This document shows, piece after piece, positions 51,390-62,600 of a stretch of 64,000 nt of DNA (position 1 is its first letter; each line of letters begins with the position of its first letter). The notes under the pieces are model-generated. The model was not told where the DNA came from and did not search any database. It worked only from the letters and a program-made list of their open reading frames with translations. Position numbers and translations under genes: made by a program. The stretch comes from Coleofasciculus chthonoplastes F2-STO-03 (GTDB lineage: Bacteria > Cyanobacteriota > Cyanobacteriia > Cyanobacteriales > Coleofasciculaceae): contig JAVJWO010000052.1 of assembly GCA_040222015.1 (NCBI GenBank), positions 1-64,000 on the forward strand. The letters run 5' to 3'.

Positions 51390-53540
51390 ATGACTAAACC
51401 GGTAATTATTTGTGTCGATGATGAGAAAACAGTACTCAGAAGTCTAAAAGTCGAGCTTAAGGAAGCGATTGGCAAGAATTACCTGATCGAAATTGCCGAA
51501 GCGGGAGAAGAGGCATTAGAGTTAGTTGAAGAACTCTTAGGCGATGACTATGAGATTCTTTTGGTTATCTCTGACCATATCATGCCAGGGATGAAAGGGG
51601 ATGAACTCTTAAAGCGTGTTCATGAGTTGTCACCGAAAACGCTAAAAATTATGCTCACCGGGCAAGCGGATATTGAAGCCGTAGGCAATGCGATTAAGTA
51701 TGCCAAACTCTATCGTTATATCGCTAAGCCATGGCAGGCGTCAGACTTGAGTTTGACGGTAAAAGAAGCCGTTAATAGTTATCTGCAAGAAAAAAAGTTG
51801 GATGAACAAAACGCCCAACTTAAATGTTTAAATCAAGATCTAAAACAATCTGTTCAATTACTCAGTGCTAGTGAGTTAAAATTTCGGGCGATTTTCAATC
51901 AGACTTTTCAGTTTACGGGAATGCTGAGTGTTGACGGAATTGTCCTAGAAGTCAACCAAACTGCCCTGAATTTTGGTGAATTGCATTTAGAGGATGTGGC
52001 AGGAAAACCGTTTTGGGACTGTTACTGGTGGACTATTTCCAGGGAAACCCAAGCTCAGTTACAATCCGCCATTGCTCAAGCGGCTAGCGGTAAGTTTATC
52101 CGTTATGAAGTGGATATCTTAGGCGCACAACAACGCATTGCAACAATTGATTTTTCGATTAAACCAATTATTAATGACAATGGCAGTATTGAGTTTTTGA
52201 TTATCGAAGGTCGAGATATTAGCGATGTCTACAATGAGTTGCGTTTACGGAAAGAAGCTGAAGCTGCACTGGTGAAAGCAGAACAAAAGTATCGCTCTAT
52301 CTTTGAAAACGCCCAAGAAGGAATCTTTCAGATTGCGCTGGATGGCAGTTATCTCAGTGCTAACCCCGCTTTAGCGCACATCTACGGCTACGATTCCCCG
52401 GAAGAATTGCTGACAATCATTAACAGTATTCACTATCAACTCTACGTTGACCCCCGTCGGCGTCCGGAATTCATGACACGGATGCAGCAGCATGGTGTTG
52501 TGTGCGAGTTTGAGTCGATGATCTGTCGCAAAGATGGCACAATTATCTGGATTAGTGAGAACGCCCGTACTGTATATGATGCGTCGGGAACTCCACTTTA
52601 TTATCAGGGGTTTGTAGAAGATATTACGTCTCGCAAACAAGCGGAGGCGGAGCGAATCAAGTTCACGAATGAACTGTTCCAACTGAATAAATCCTTCTCC
52701 CGTTTTGTTCCCAGTCAATTCTTACAGATTTTAAATAAACAAAGTGTGGTTGATGTCAAATTAGGCGATCAAGTTCAGCAGGAAATGTCTGTTCTTTTTT
52801 CTGATATTCGGGATTTCACCACTCTCTCGGAAAGAATGACTCCCCAGGAGAATTTCAAATTTATTAACGCCTTTTTAAAGCGGATGGAACCAGCGATTAT
52901 CGAACATCAAGGCTTTATCGATAAATATATGGGCGATGCGATTATGGCACTCTTTAGCGGGATTGCTGATGATGCGCTTCAAGCCGGAATTGCCATGGTT
53001 CAGCAATTGTATGAGTATAATCTATGTCGTCTGCAATCAGGGTATACTCCCATCAGAATTGGCATTGGCATTAATACTGGCTCATTGATGCTGGGTACAG
53101 TTGGGGGAAAACACCGAATAGATAGTACGGTGATTAGTGATGATGTGAATTTAGCGGCTCGTTTGGAGGGACTAACGAAACAGTATAAGGTGTCGTTATT
53201 AATTTCGGGACAGACGTTAACTCGTTTACATAATCCAACCGAGTATAGTCTCCGGTTTGTGGAGCAGGTTAAAGTTAAGGGGAAGTCAAAAGCGGTAGCG
53301 GTGTTTGAAGTGTTTGATGGAGATCCCCTAAAGATTAAGGAGGGCAAGTTAGCTACGATCTCCATATTTGAGGAAGGGTTGTTTCTCTACGCCAAGCAAG
53401 CCTTTGGTCAAGCAAAACAGCGGTTTGAAGAGGTGTTGAGGATTAATCCCCAAGATACGATCGCCCAAATTTATCTTAACCGTTCCCTGGCGCAACTCCA
53501 GCACGACGAATTTTTTTTGACGATGAGGGATGAGGGATGA
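51390..53540 (+). CDS. REC-PAS-PAS class III adenylate/guanylate cyclase
   Basis: LFSDIRDFT, DKYMGDAIMA, GIGINTG, VNLAARLE. Confidence 0.9.
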   Translation: MTKPVIICVDDEKTVLRSLKVELKEAIGKNYLIEIAEAGEEALELVEELLGDDYEILLVISDHIMPGMKGDELLKRVHELSPKTLKIMLTGQADIEAVGNAIKYAKLYRYIAKPWQASDLSLTVKEAVNSYLQEKKLDEQNAQLKCLNQDLKQSVQLLSASELKFRAIFNQTFQFTGMLSVDGIVLEVNQTALNFGELHLEDVAGKPFWDCYWWTISRETQAQLQSAIAQAASGKFIRYEVDILGAQQRIATIDFSIKPIINDNGSIEFLIIEGRDISDVYNELRLRKEAEAALVKAEQKYRSIFENAQEGIFQIALDGSYLSANPALAHIYGYDSPEELLTIINSIHYQLYVDPRRRPEFMTRMQQHGVVCEFESMICRKDGTIIWISENARTVYDASGTPLYYQGFVEDITSRKQAEAERIKFTNELFQLNKSFSRFVPSQFLQILNKQSVVDVKLGDQVQQEMSVLFSDIRDFTTLSERMTPQENFKFINAFLKRMEPAIIEHQGFIDKYMGDAIMALFSGIADDALQAGIAMVQQLYEYNLCRLQSGYTPIRIGIGINTGSLMLGTVGGKHRIDSTVISDDVNLAARLEGLTKQYKVSLLISGQTLTRLHNPTEYSLRFVEQVKVKGKSKAVAVFEVFDGDPLKIKEGKLATISIFEEGLFLYAKQAFGQAKQRFEEVLRINPQDTIAQIYLNRSLAQLQHDEFFLTMRDEG

Positions 53541-53737
53541 AGTTGGGGAGCTTGTAGAGACGCGCCATGGCGCGTCTGGGAAGCTGGGGAAGAAAGATGG
53601 GGGAGATGGGAGAAAAATTAAATTAGAGTTTATCCTTTGCCGTTTGGAGTTGTAAAGGAAGTTGAATTTTGTTTGATTACTTATAATAGAGAGTAGAGAG
53701 CAAAATTAATTTGAACTCAGTCAACTGAGAGAAATAA

Positions 53738-54016
53738 ATGCGGAAACCCGTACTTGTCGTTTTATTGATTTTAGGGTTAGTATTATCAACCACAATCCAA
53801 CTAGCTCCAGCGCAAGCGACAACCCCTGATTCCCAAGTGTATACCTGGGGGTTTGTGCGTCCAGGAAGTCAGCAATTAGTTTGTAAGCAAATTACGATTC
53901 ATCCGGAGAAAGAGGTTGTTTCCCCAGCCTCGCACCATAAATCAGTCAAGATGTCCTCTCGATCTACAATTGTTGAGGAGCGCTATTGTTCTCATTTAAC
54001 CCAACCATCTCTATAG
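53738..54016 (+). CDS. Small secreted hypothetical protein
   Basis: Signal peptide ending AQA; two Cys. Confidence 0.6.
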   Translation: MRKPVLVVLLILGLVLSTTIQLAPAQATTPDSQVYTWGFVRPGSQQLVCKQITIHPEKEVVSPASHHKSVKMSSRSTIVEERYCSHLTQPSL

Positions 54017-54380
54017 CGTTGGTTGGGTAATAGCAAGCGATGTAGAGACGAATCAGTCTACGTCTCGACTAGCGGTTCAAAACACAAGCAGAGGATAACC
54101 TGACCCTATAGAAAGGGCGACCCGATCCCATTAAGTGGATTGGTATTGTTCATTGATGCAAGCGGGTCGCCCCTACAGGTTGTTCGGTCGCCCCTACAGG
54201 TCTGATTAATTTGTATGACAGGCTACATTATCTTTCAGAGGCAAAATGCGCGATCGCAAGCCGTTTCGGTCTACTGCATGTAAGAATAGTCTGATAAGCT
54301 ATCTAGGAAGCTGACCTAGAGTCAGTCCTAAGTCCTAAAGTTTTCACGGCTCAAAAATCGGTTTGGCATTGAGAGACACC

Positions 54381-55010
54381 ATGGAATGGCACGGAACAGA
54401 TGCTCAAAGTTTGGCAATTATCGATCGCGAAATTGGCGCTCATACCTTTTCACCCGCCGAATACGAAATTGTGCGTCGGGTGATTTATGCAACAGCCGAC
54501 TTTGAGTATCAAAAGCTGATTCGCTTTTCCGAACGTGCGTTACAAGCAGGCGCTGCGGCGCTAGCGGCTCGGACTACGATTGTGGTAGATGTGCCAATGG
54601 TACAGGTGGGAATTACGCCTCACATTCAAGAAACCTTTGCCAATCCCGTCTATTGCAGCATGGAAGCCATCACCCGCCCCCAAAAAGAAAAGACGAAAGC
54701 AGCTTGGGGAATTCAAACCCTAGCCAGACGCTACCCAGAGGGTATTTTTGTGGTGGGTCAAGCGCAAACAGCGCTAACGGCGTTGGTAGAACTGATTGAA
54801 GCCGAAGAAATCCGCCCCGCCTTAGTCATTGGTACACCTTCGGGATTTGTTGAGGTGGATGTTGCCAAATCCCGACTTGAAGATTCCTTGGTGCCTCATA
54901 TTCGTATCGAAGGGCGCAAAGGTTCATCGGTTGTAGGGGCGGCTATTGTGAATGGACTGGTAGACTTAGCATGGCAGGCATACGGGCAGGATAGTACCAG
55001 TGTAAATTGA
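54381..55010 (+). CDS. cobH: Precorrin-8X methylmutase
   Basis: IVRRVIYATADF, VDVPMVQVG, GRKGSS...AAIVN. Confidence 0.88.
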   Translation: MEWHGTDAQSLAIIDREIGAHTFSPAEYEIVRRVIYATADFEYQKLIRFSERALQAGAAALAARTTIVVDVPMVQVGITPHIQETFANPVYCSMEAITRPQKEKTKAAWGIQTLARRYPEGIFVVGQAQTALTALVELIEAEEIRPALVIGTPSGFVEVDVAKSRLEDSLVPHIRIEGRKGSSVVGAAIVNGLVDLAWQAYGQDSTSVN

Positions 55011-55150
55011 ATCCTTCGAGGGTATGGGTTGTAGGGGCGGGTTTAGGGAATAACGTTTCACTATTGATGATAACGTTTGTACAAAACCCGCCCTGACTAA
55101 TACTTCCCCTGCTTCCCCTGCTTCCCCTGCTTCCCCATCTCCCCATTCCC

Positions 55151-55849
55151 TCAACGCCGACGACGCCGAGTCTTGACCACACGATTCACGGGATAATCGT
55201 CCTCTTCGGCTTGAGTTAACTGACGACTAACCTGATTAAACACAGTCCTCTGTACGTAAGGATAGTCACTTACCCAGATATTCAAGCGAGGAATATAAAT
55301 ATCACTGTTGCTGGCAATACGGGATAAATCCGGCTGATTCGACATCACCACCATCTGGGCAATTTGACCGGGAACAATGCCTTTGTAAGTGCGGCGCAGA
55401 GGGACTTGTAGCAGTGTGCTAAATCCGCTCTTGTCACCGACTTCTAAATTCAGGCGTCGCTCCCGATTTTCCACAATCACCAACTCGCCCCGATTGTTGA
55501 CATTTTCTTCAGTACCAATCAATTCTTCGGTGACAAAGACATCCAAGACTCGACCTTGCCAGAAGCCACTATACTTATAGCGACGTACCTCAAGATTACG
55601 CCGACTTGCCCAGTAGACAGGACTCCAAAACCAGTACAACCCGGTGATAATACCTAAAAGAAAGCGTAAGGGATCAAACCCTTCACCAAAAAAGAGTCCT
55701 AAGAGCAATACGACGACAACAGCGACAACCGAAATCAGCAGTCGCTTTAAAAAGTCTGGGAATTTTCCCCAGTAGTAAGCATACTGGGAACTTGTAGCAA
55801 TCACAGGAATGAGTTGCTCAAAGGTCTGGCGGGTAAGTGGTACTAGCAT
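55151..55849 (-). CDS. Conserved cyanobacterial membrane protein of unknown function
   Basis: Two TM helices; MLVPLTRQTFEQLIP N-terminus. Confidence 0.7.
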   Translation of the reverse strand: MLVPLTRQTFEQLIPVIATSSQYAYYWGKFPDFLKRLLISVVAVVVVLLLGLFFGEGFDPLRFLLGIITGLYWFWSPVYWASRRNLEVRRYKYSGFWQGRVLDVFVTEELIGTEENVNNRGELVIVENRERRLNLEVGDKSGFSTLLQVPLRRTYKGIVPGQIAQMVVMSNQPDLSRIASNSDIYIPRLNIWVSDYPYVQRTVFNQVSRQLTQAEEDDYPVNRVVKTRRRRR

Positions 55850-55993
55850 GGGTTTTAGTCATTGGTCATTGGTCATTAGTCATTGGTCATTGGTCATTGG
55901 TCATTGAGTCACATTGAAGACTAGGAAAAAACAAAAGACGTAGCGTGCTTCTTTTCGAGAGCAAATATGACAAAGGACGAATGACGAATAACA

Positions 55994-56821
55994 TTACAAT
56001 ATTTTATCTAATCCGTAGATGAGAGATTTGAGCTGAGTTACCTTGCGAATGGCAAGCAAGACTCCTGGCATATAACAAGAGCGATCGCTGGTATCATGAC
56101 GTAGGGTGTAGATTTGACCAGTAGCACCAAAGATGACTTCTTGGTGAGCGATTAAACCGGGTAAGCGAACACTGTGAATGCGAATGTTATCATTGGCGAC
56201 ACTCCCCCTAGCCCCCGCCAGTTTTTCGGTTTCTTCTACCTTAGCGGGATTATAGGTTTTGCCCAATCCGGCTAATTGTTGAGCGGTTTGAATCGCTGTA
56301 CCGCTTGGGGCGTCGGCTTTTTGATTGTGGTGGAGTTCGATAATTTCAACGTGGTCAAAATATTGGGAGGCTTGGATGGCAGCTTGTTGCAATAAGACCA
56401 TGCCAATAGAAAAATTGGGAATAATTAAGGCACCTGTGCTGGCTTTTTCGGCAAATTCGCCTAAGTCTTTGATTTGATCACTGGTGAGTCCCGTTGTACC
56501 GACAACCGGACGAACTCCATAGGCAATAGCGGTGCGAACATTCTCATAAACGCTGTCAGGGTGGGTAAAATCCACCATCACCCCTTGCACTTTTTCCTGA
56601 GTCGCCATGACTAGCGTGGCTTGCAGGTCATTCAGAATCGGAATTTCCAATGCACCACAACCTGCGACTTCCCCAACATCTTGACCCATATAGTTCGGGT
56701 TATGATCAACGACACCAATCAAGGTCATATCGTCGGCTTGACTGACCGCCTTAATCACTTCACGACCCATTTTACCCGCCGCACCGTTGACGACAACGGG
56801 GATGGGAGATGCATTTGTCAT
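55994..56821 (-). CDS. dapB: 4-hydroxy-tetrahydrodipicolinate reductase
   Basis: [26 protein letters not shown]. Confidence 0.95.
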   Translation of the reverse strand: MTNASPIPVVVNGAAGKMGREVIKAVSQADDMTLIGVVDHNPNYMGQDVGEVAGCGALEIPILNDLQATLVMATQEKVQGVMVDFTHPDSVYENVRTAIAYGVRPVVGTTGLTSDQIKDLGEFAEKASTGALIIPNFSIGMVLLQQAAIQASQYFDHVEIIELHHNQKADAPSGTAIQTAQQLAGLGKTYNPAKVEETEKLAGARGSVANDNIRIHSVRLPGLIAHQEVIFGATGQIYTLRHDTSDRSCYMPGVLLAIRKVTQLKSLIYGLDKIL

Positions 56822-56944
56822 GGTTTTGCTTTATCCTTGAGACTCGTCAAGGGAATTTTAGCTTCTTTTGGCAATAGGCGGCGTTGTAGAACACAATGGT
56901 AGGGGCACGGCAATGCCGTGCCCCTACAGGTATTGCCGTGCTTT

Positions 56945-57406
56945 ATGTCCAAATCTTTATCCATTATCGGCTGGCGGGAACGAGTTGCCTTGCCGAATCT
57001 AGGAATTTCCCAGATTAAAGCTAAAATTGACACCGGGGCGCGTTCCTCCGCCTTACACGCCTTTGATGTGGAAACTTTCTCACGGGATGACAAAACCATG
57101 GTTCGGTTTAAAGTCCATCCCTACCAACGGGATACCCATCGCACAGTTTCCACCGAAGCTGAACTAATTGACCAGCGACAGGTTCGCAATTCTGGGGGTC
57201 ACGCCCAGTTACGACCTGTTATCCAAACTATGGTAGAACTAAACGGGGAGCGCTGGTTGATTGAACTTACCCTGACTAACCGGGATGTCATGGGATTCCG
57301 GATGCTGTTAGGGCGTCAAGCCGTCCGCAAACGCTTTTTAGTTGATGCGGGTCGGTCTTTTGTCCAAAGTTCAACCAGGAAGGGCAAAATTAAGAAAACG
57401 ATTTAA
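56945..57406 (+). CDS. RimK-associated aspartic-protease-fold protein (RimB-like)
   Basis: [24 protein letters not shown]. Confidence 0.85.
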   Translation: MSKSLSIIGWRERVALPNLGISQIKAKIDTGARSSALHAFDVETFSRDDKTMVRFKVHPYQRDTHRTVSTEAELIDQRQVRNSGGHAQLRPVIQTMVELNGERWLIELTLTNRDVMGFRMLLGRQAVRKRFLVDAGRSFVQSSTRKGKIKKTI

Positions 57407-57423
57407 TAGTTTTTAGTTTGTAT

Positions 57424-58329
57424 ATGAAAATAGCTATCTTGTCCCAGGATGCTTCGTTGTATTCCACGCGACGCCTCAAGGAAGCGGGGGAAGCGCGGGG
57501 TCATGACATGCGGGTGATAAATTACCTGCGCTGTTATATGAATATTACGTCTCATAAGCCAAAGGTGGTGTATCAGGGGAAAGTTTTGGAAGAGTTGGAT
57601 GCGATTATTCCTCGCATCGGTGCGTCTAAGACGTTTTATGGGACGGCTGTGGTGCGGCAATTTGAAGTGATGGGGGTGTTCGCGGCGAATGAATCCCAAG
57701 CCATTTCTCGTTCCCGCGATAAGTTACGCTGTCTTCAGATTCTCTCCCGTGAAGGTGTGGGACTTCCGGTGACTGGGTTTGCTAATTCCACTCAAGATAT
57801 TGATGGGTTAATTGAAATTGTGGGCGGTGCGCCGCTGGTGATTAAATTGCTGGAAGGGACTCAAGGGATTGGTGTGGTTCTCGCGGAAACTCATCAAGCG
57901 GCGAAGTCGGTGATTGAAGCGTTTCGCGGTTTAGATGCCAATATATTGGTGCAGGAGTTTATTAAAGAAGCGGGGGGTATGGATATTCGCTGCTTTGTGA
58001 TTGATAACAAAGTGGTGGCGTCGATGAAGCGACAAGGCGCACCGGGGGAATTTCGTTCCAATCTGCATCGGGGCGGTAATGCTGAACAAATTAAGTTAAC
58101 TCCAGAGGAACGCAGTACGGCGGTACGGGCGGCGAAAGCGATGGGATTGAGGGTTGCGGGTGTGGATTTGTTGCGATCTAATCATGGTCCGGTGGTGATG
58201 GAAGTTAACTCGTCTCCTGGTTTAGAAGGGATTGAAAATGCTACAGGTGTGGATGTGGCGGGGAAAATTATTGAGTTTTTGCAGAAAAATGCAGCATCTG
58301 GAAAAACGCGCGATCGCATTCAGTATTAA
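57424..58329 (+). CDS. rimK: Alpha-L-glutamate ligase RimK
   Basis: [36 protein letters not shown]. Confidence 0.95.
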   Translation: MKIAILSQDASLYSTRRLKEAGEARGHDMRVINYLRCYMNITSHKPKVVYQGKVLEELDAIIPRIGASKTFYGTAVVRQFEVMGVFAANESQAISRSRDKLRCLQILSREGVGLPVTGFANSTQDIDGLIEIVGGAPLVIKLLEGTQGIGVVLAETHQAAKSVIEAFRGLDANILVQEFIKEAGGMDIRCFVIDNKVVASMKRQGAPGEFRSNLHRGGNAEQIKLTPEERSTAVRAAKAMGLRVAGVDLLRSNHGPVVMEVNSSPGLEGIENATGVDVAGKIIEFLQKNAASGKTRDRIQY

Positions 58330-58477
58330 TCTTAGGGAACTCTTAACAGGGAACAGGGAACAGGCAATAGTGAATTCTAGAACTCAAACCTTAGTCAGGG
58401 CGGGTTTAGTTAAGTTAGGGGTTTTCTCCTAAACGTTATCGGTAAAACCCGCCCCTACACACTCAAAAAGACGCGCC

Positions 58478-59452
58478 ATGGCGCGTCTCTACACTGTGAA
58501 TCATGAAACTATAACAATTGGTGGAATTAGTGTTGCGCCCGGAGAACGGAAACGCACAGAAATTCCGGTCGCCCGTCTACCCACGCAAACGCTGCTCTCA
58601 TTACCGATTACTGTGATTAATGGCGCGAATACTGGTCCACGACTGTGGATGAGTGCGGCGATTCATGGCGATGAAATTAATGGGGTGGAAATTATTCGCC
58701 AAGTTCTAGAACGGATTAATCCGTCTCAGCTTCATGGTGTCCTGATTGCGGTGCCAATTGTTAATGTTTTTGGTTTTATTGAACAATCCCGTTATTTGCC
58801 CGATCGCAGAGATTTAAATCGTTCGTTTCCCGGTTCTTCGCGTGGTTCTTTAGCCTCTCGTTTGGCGAATTTGTTTATGACAGAAATAGTGAGTCGCTGT
58901 ACTCATGGAATTGATTTGCACACGGCAGCTCAACATCGCACAAATTTACCGCAAATCCGGGCGAATTTGGATGACCCAGAAACCTATTACTGTGCGAAAG
59001 CGTTTGCTGCACCCCTGCTGATGCATTCAACCATGCGGGATGGTTCGTTGCGCCAAGCAGCGACGAAGCGAGGTATCCCAATCCTCTTGTATGAGGGGGG
59101 TGAGGCGTTGCGATTTGACCCGGATGCGATCGCAATCGGTGTCGAAGGCATCCTACGAATGATGGTGGGGTTAAATATGATTGAGTTGGCGTTCCCTGAG
59201 TCTTTGCACCCATCATTAGAAGTTAAGCAAAGTAAGTGGGTACGAGCGCCCCGCAGCGGGATTTTGCGTCTTACTGTTAAATTGGGTCAGCGCGTTGACA
59301 AAAAGCAAGTTTTGTGTATTATTTCCGATGCCTTTGGTGAGAATAGGATTAAAGCCTATGCACCCTTTGATGGCTTGGTTATTGGTCACACGCAGAATCC
59401 GTTGGTGAATCAGGGCGATGGGATTTTGCATTTAGCGGATTTGAGTGATTAG
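58478..59452 (+). CDS. Succinylglutamate desuccinylase/aspartoacylase (M14-like) protein; start may be the GTG at 58496
   Basis: AAIHGDEING, DLNRSFPG, IDLHT. Confidence 0.88.
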   Translation: MARLYTVNHETITIGGISVAPGERKRTEIPVARLPTQTLLSLPITVINGANTGPRLWMSAAIHGDEINGVEIIRQVLERINPSQLHGVLIAVPIVNVFGFIEQSRYLPDRRDLNRSFPGSSRGSLASRLANLFMTEIVSRCTHGIDLHTAAQHRTNLPQIRANLDDPETYYCAKAFAAPLLMHSTMRDGSLRQAATKRGIPILLYEGGEALRFDPDAIAIGVEGILRMMVGLNMIELAFPESLHPSLEVKQSKWVRAPRSGILRLTVKLGQRVDKKQVLCIISDAFGENRIKAYAPFDGLVIGHTQNPLVNQGDGILHLADLSD

Positions 59453-59655
59453 GGAACAGGGAATAGACAATAGGCAATAGGCAATAGGCAATAGGCAATA
59501 GGCAATAGGCAATAGGCAATAAAAGATTACACAACTCATTTAAAACCGTTACATTATAAATTGTTTTAGCGTTTTTTAGAGTTTTGTTGCTGAAGGAAAA
59601 ATAAAAAAGAACACTGGGATAAAATACAGTCTGTTTGTAACAAACAATTAACCTG

Positions 59656-62600
59656 ATGAAATCTGCTCAGTGGTGCAAAATCTGCCTGTTGACTCTCTGC
59701 GCTGGAACAGTAAGACTGGTAACGGCGGCTCCAGTGTTGGCTCAATCGATTACCCCAGCCGATGACGGTACGGGTACAACTGTTACTCCAAATGGCGACA
59801 ACTTTGATATTCAAGGTGGCAGTTTGTCGAATGATGGGGCGAATTTATTCCACAGTTTCCAAGAGTTGGGCATTAATTCAGAGCAAATTGCTAATTTTAT
59901 GGCAACTCCGGATCTGAGAAATATTCTGGGACGAGTGATTGGCGAAAATCCCTCCATTATTGACGGATTGATTCAGGTAACCGGGGGAACGGCAAATTTA
60001 TATTTAATGAATCCAGCGGGAATTATTTTTGGGGCTAATGCTCAACTCAATGTCCCGGCTAATTTTACGGCAACAACGGCGACAGGAATTGGATTTGGCA
60101 ATGACTGGTTTAATGCATTGGGTGATAATAACTATCAGAACTTGGTCGGAGATCCCAGTCAATTTGCCTTTGACTTATCCCAACGGGGCATAATTATTAA
60201 TGCGGGTGAATTGGCGGTTGCACCTGGACGGGATTTAGCCCTACTGGGTGGACAAGTGGTTAATACAGGAACGTTGACGGCATCCGGGGGAACAATTACC
60301 ATCGCGGCTGTGCCGAATTCTCGTTTGGTGAAAATCTCCCAATCGGGACAAGTGTTAAGTTTCGAGGTGGAGTTACCGAGGAATAATGAGGGGTTAGCGT
60401 TACCGACAAACCCTCTGGATTTAGCCGCATTGTTAACGGGTTCGGGGAATACGGTGGAAACTGGGGTGGAGGTAACCCCATCGGCAGAGATACAGACGGA
60501 TTCTGGGGGAATTATACCGAATCAGGTTGGGGTTGCGATCGCGTCAGGAACTGTTGAGTCAGGTACAGGTCATATTTCGATTATCGGTAGAGGGGGAACT
60601 CAAGAGAATAATACTTCGGGTATTTTTGGTATCCACATTATTGATGATAGTCGAGTAGAAACGATTGGAGAAGGAACGATTACCTTAAACGGTACAGGGG
60701 GAAGCGGCGGGAAATTCATCCTAGGTCAAGCTTATCCAGGAAATCGAGGAATCTGGATTAATAACGCTACGGTGTCTTCAGAAAATGGCACAATTCATCT
60801 GATCGGCACTGGGGGTTCTGGGGAAAATGGTTTAAATTCTGGTGTTGACATTGGGAATCAGGGGGGAATTGTTCAGTCTACGGGAACAGGAACGATTATT
60901 GTTGAGGGGACTGGAGGTAAGGCAGAAGAAGACGCATTCGAGGGTAGTCAAGGGATAAGAATTGACCAGGCTAGTTCAATCAGTACCAAAGATGGAGATA
61001 TTCAGCTAATTGGTGAGGGGGGAACTGGTTCAAATCGATTTAACCATGGGGTTGAAGTTTATCGCAGTTCTACTGTTGAGGTAACCGGAACGGGAAATAT
61101 TACGATTGAGGGAATAGCTGGCGCGGGAGTAACAGAAAATCACGGGATTAGGGTTCAGGAATTCAGTGAAGATAATCCTTCTCGAATTACGGCGAGGGAT
61201 GGTGCGATTACTCTAATCGGAGTCGGTAAAGGAACAGGAGACAGTAACTATGGCATTGATTTAAGAGGCGGTGGTGTGGAAACAACCGCCGGAGGAACTC
61301 TCACCCTTGAGGGAATCGGTGCTAATGGTGCAGCAGGAATTAATGTGCAAGATGGTTTTATTCAAGCTAGCGGAACAGGAGAGAGTACAACAACCTTGAT
61401 TGCTGATGACATTCGGGTAGTTGATACTCCAAATATCCCACAAACGCCACAAATCCAAGGGACAGGAACAGTCGCGTTATCTCCCCTTGACCCGACGGTT
61501 GATATAACCCTTGGAGATACAAGCGATAGTAATAGTAATACCTGGAATCTGGATATCGATAAACTCAATCTCTTCCAAGAGGGATTTGAGCAACTTGTAA
61601 TTGGTGGGGAAGAGAATCAGGGTACAATTACGTTGGCAGATGACATAACCTTTAAGATTCCGGTAATTTTGCGATCGCTAGTTGGTTCAGGGGCAATTGA
61701 TACCACAGGTTTTACCCTGACTGGCGCTCAAGATGCCACGATTACGTTGGAAGCGAATCAAAGCATTAAGACAGGTACAATTATAAATCCAGGTCGGGCG
61801 ATTACTCTAACCAGCAACGGGTCAATTGATACTCGTAGCGGCATCCTCGATAGTCATGATCAAACTAACAATGGGGGAGCGATTAGTTTAAGCGCTGTTC
61901 AAGATATTACTACGGGTGATATTGATGCTAGTTCCGGTGGAAATGGTCAAGGCGCAACTATTACGTTAACCAGTCGTGATGGAGAAATTATCACCAATGA
62001 TCTCAACAGTTCTGGCTTTAGTGGCGGTGATATTTTAATTGATGCGGCGACGGCAATTACAACCGGAAAAATTAATAGTAGCGGAACTATCAGCGATGGC
62101 GGTAATGTTACTTTAGATCCCATTGGTGATATTCAAGTGACATTTATTAACGCCCAAGGAGGAAATAGTGGTCAAGGCGGTCAAGTTGATAGTACTGCTG
62201 GTCAATTTTTCCGCGCTACGGGAACATTTATTGACCAGAATGGGATTAACGCCAGCATCTCTACGGCTGGGGGATTGGGTGGAGATTCTATTACGCTCAG
62301 ACATGGTGGAGATGGTGTTATTCCCTTTATCGTGGGTGATGGGATAACCAATGGAACTAGGGGAACAATTACCAGTGGCGATTTCACGATTGCCCCCACT
62401 CAATCCTTTCTGTTTACTCAGAAGGTGGGCAATATTCAAATTATCAGCGTTGATTCTCCACCGATTCCGGTAACACCCCCGACTCCGGTTACAGAGTCTC
62501 CAATTCCGGTAACTCCACCAATTTTGCCTCCGGAGTTCATCACTTCCGAAACGAATCCTCCTATCAATCTCGTTAATTTAATCAAACCTGTCACTGAAGC

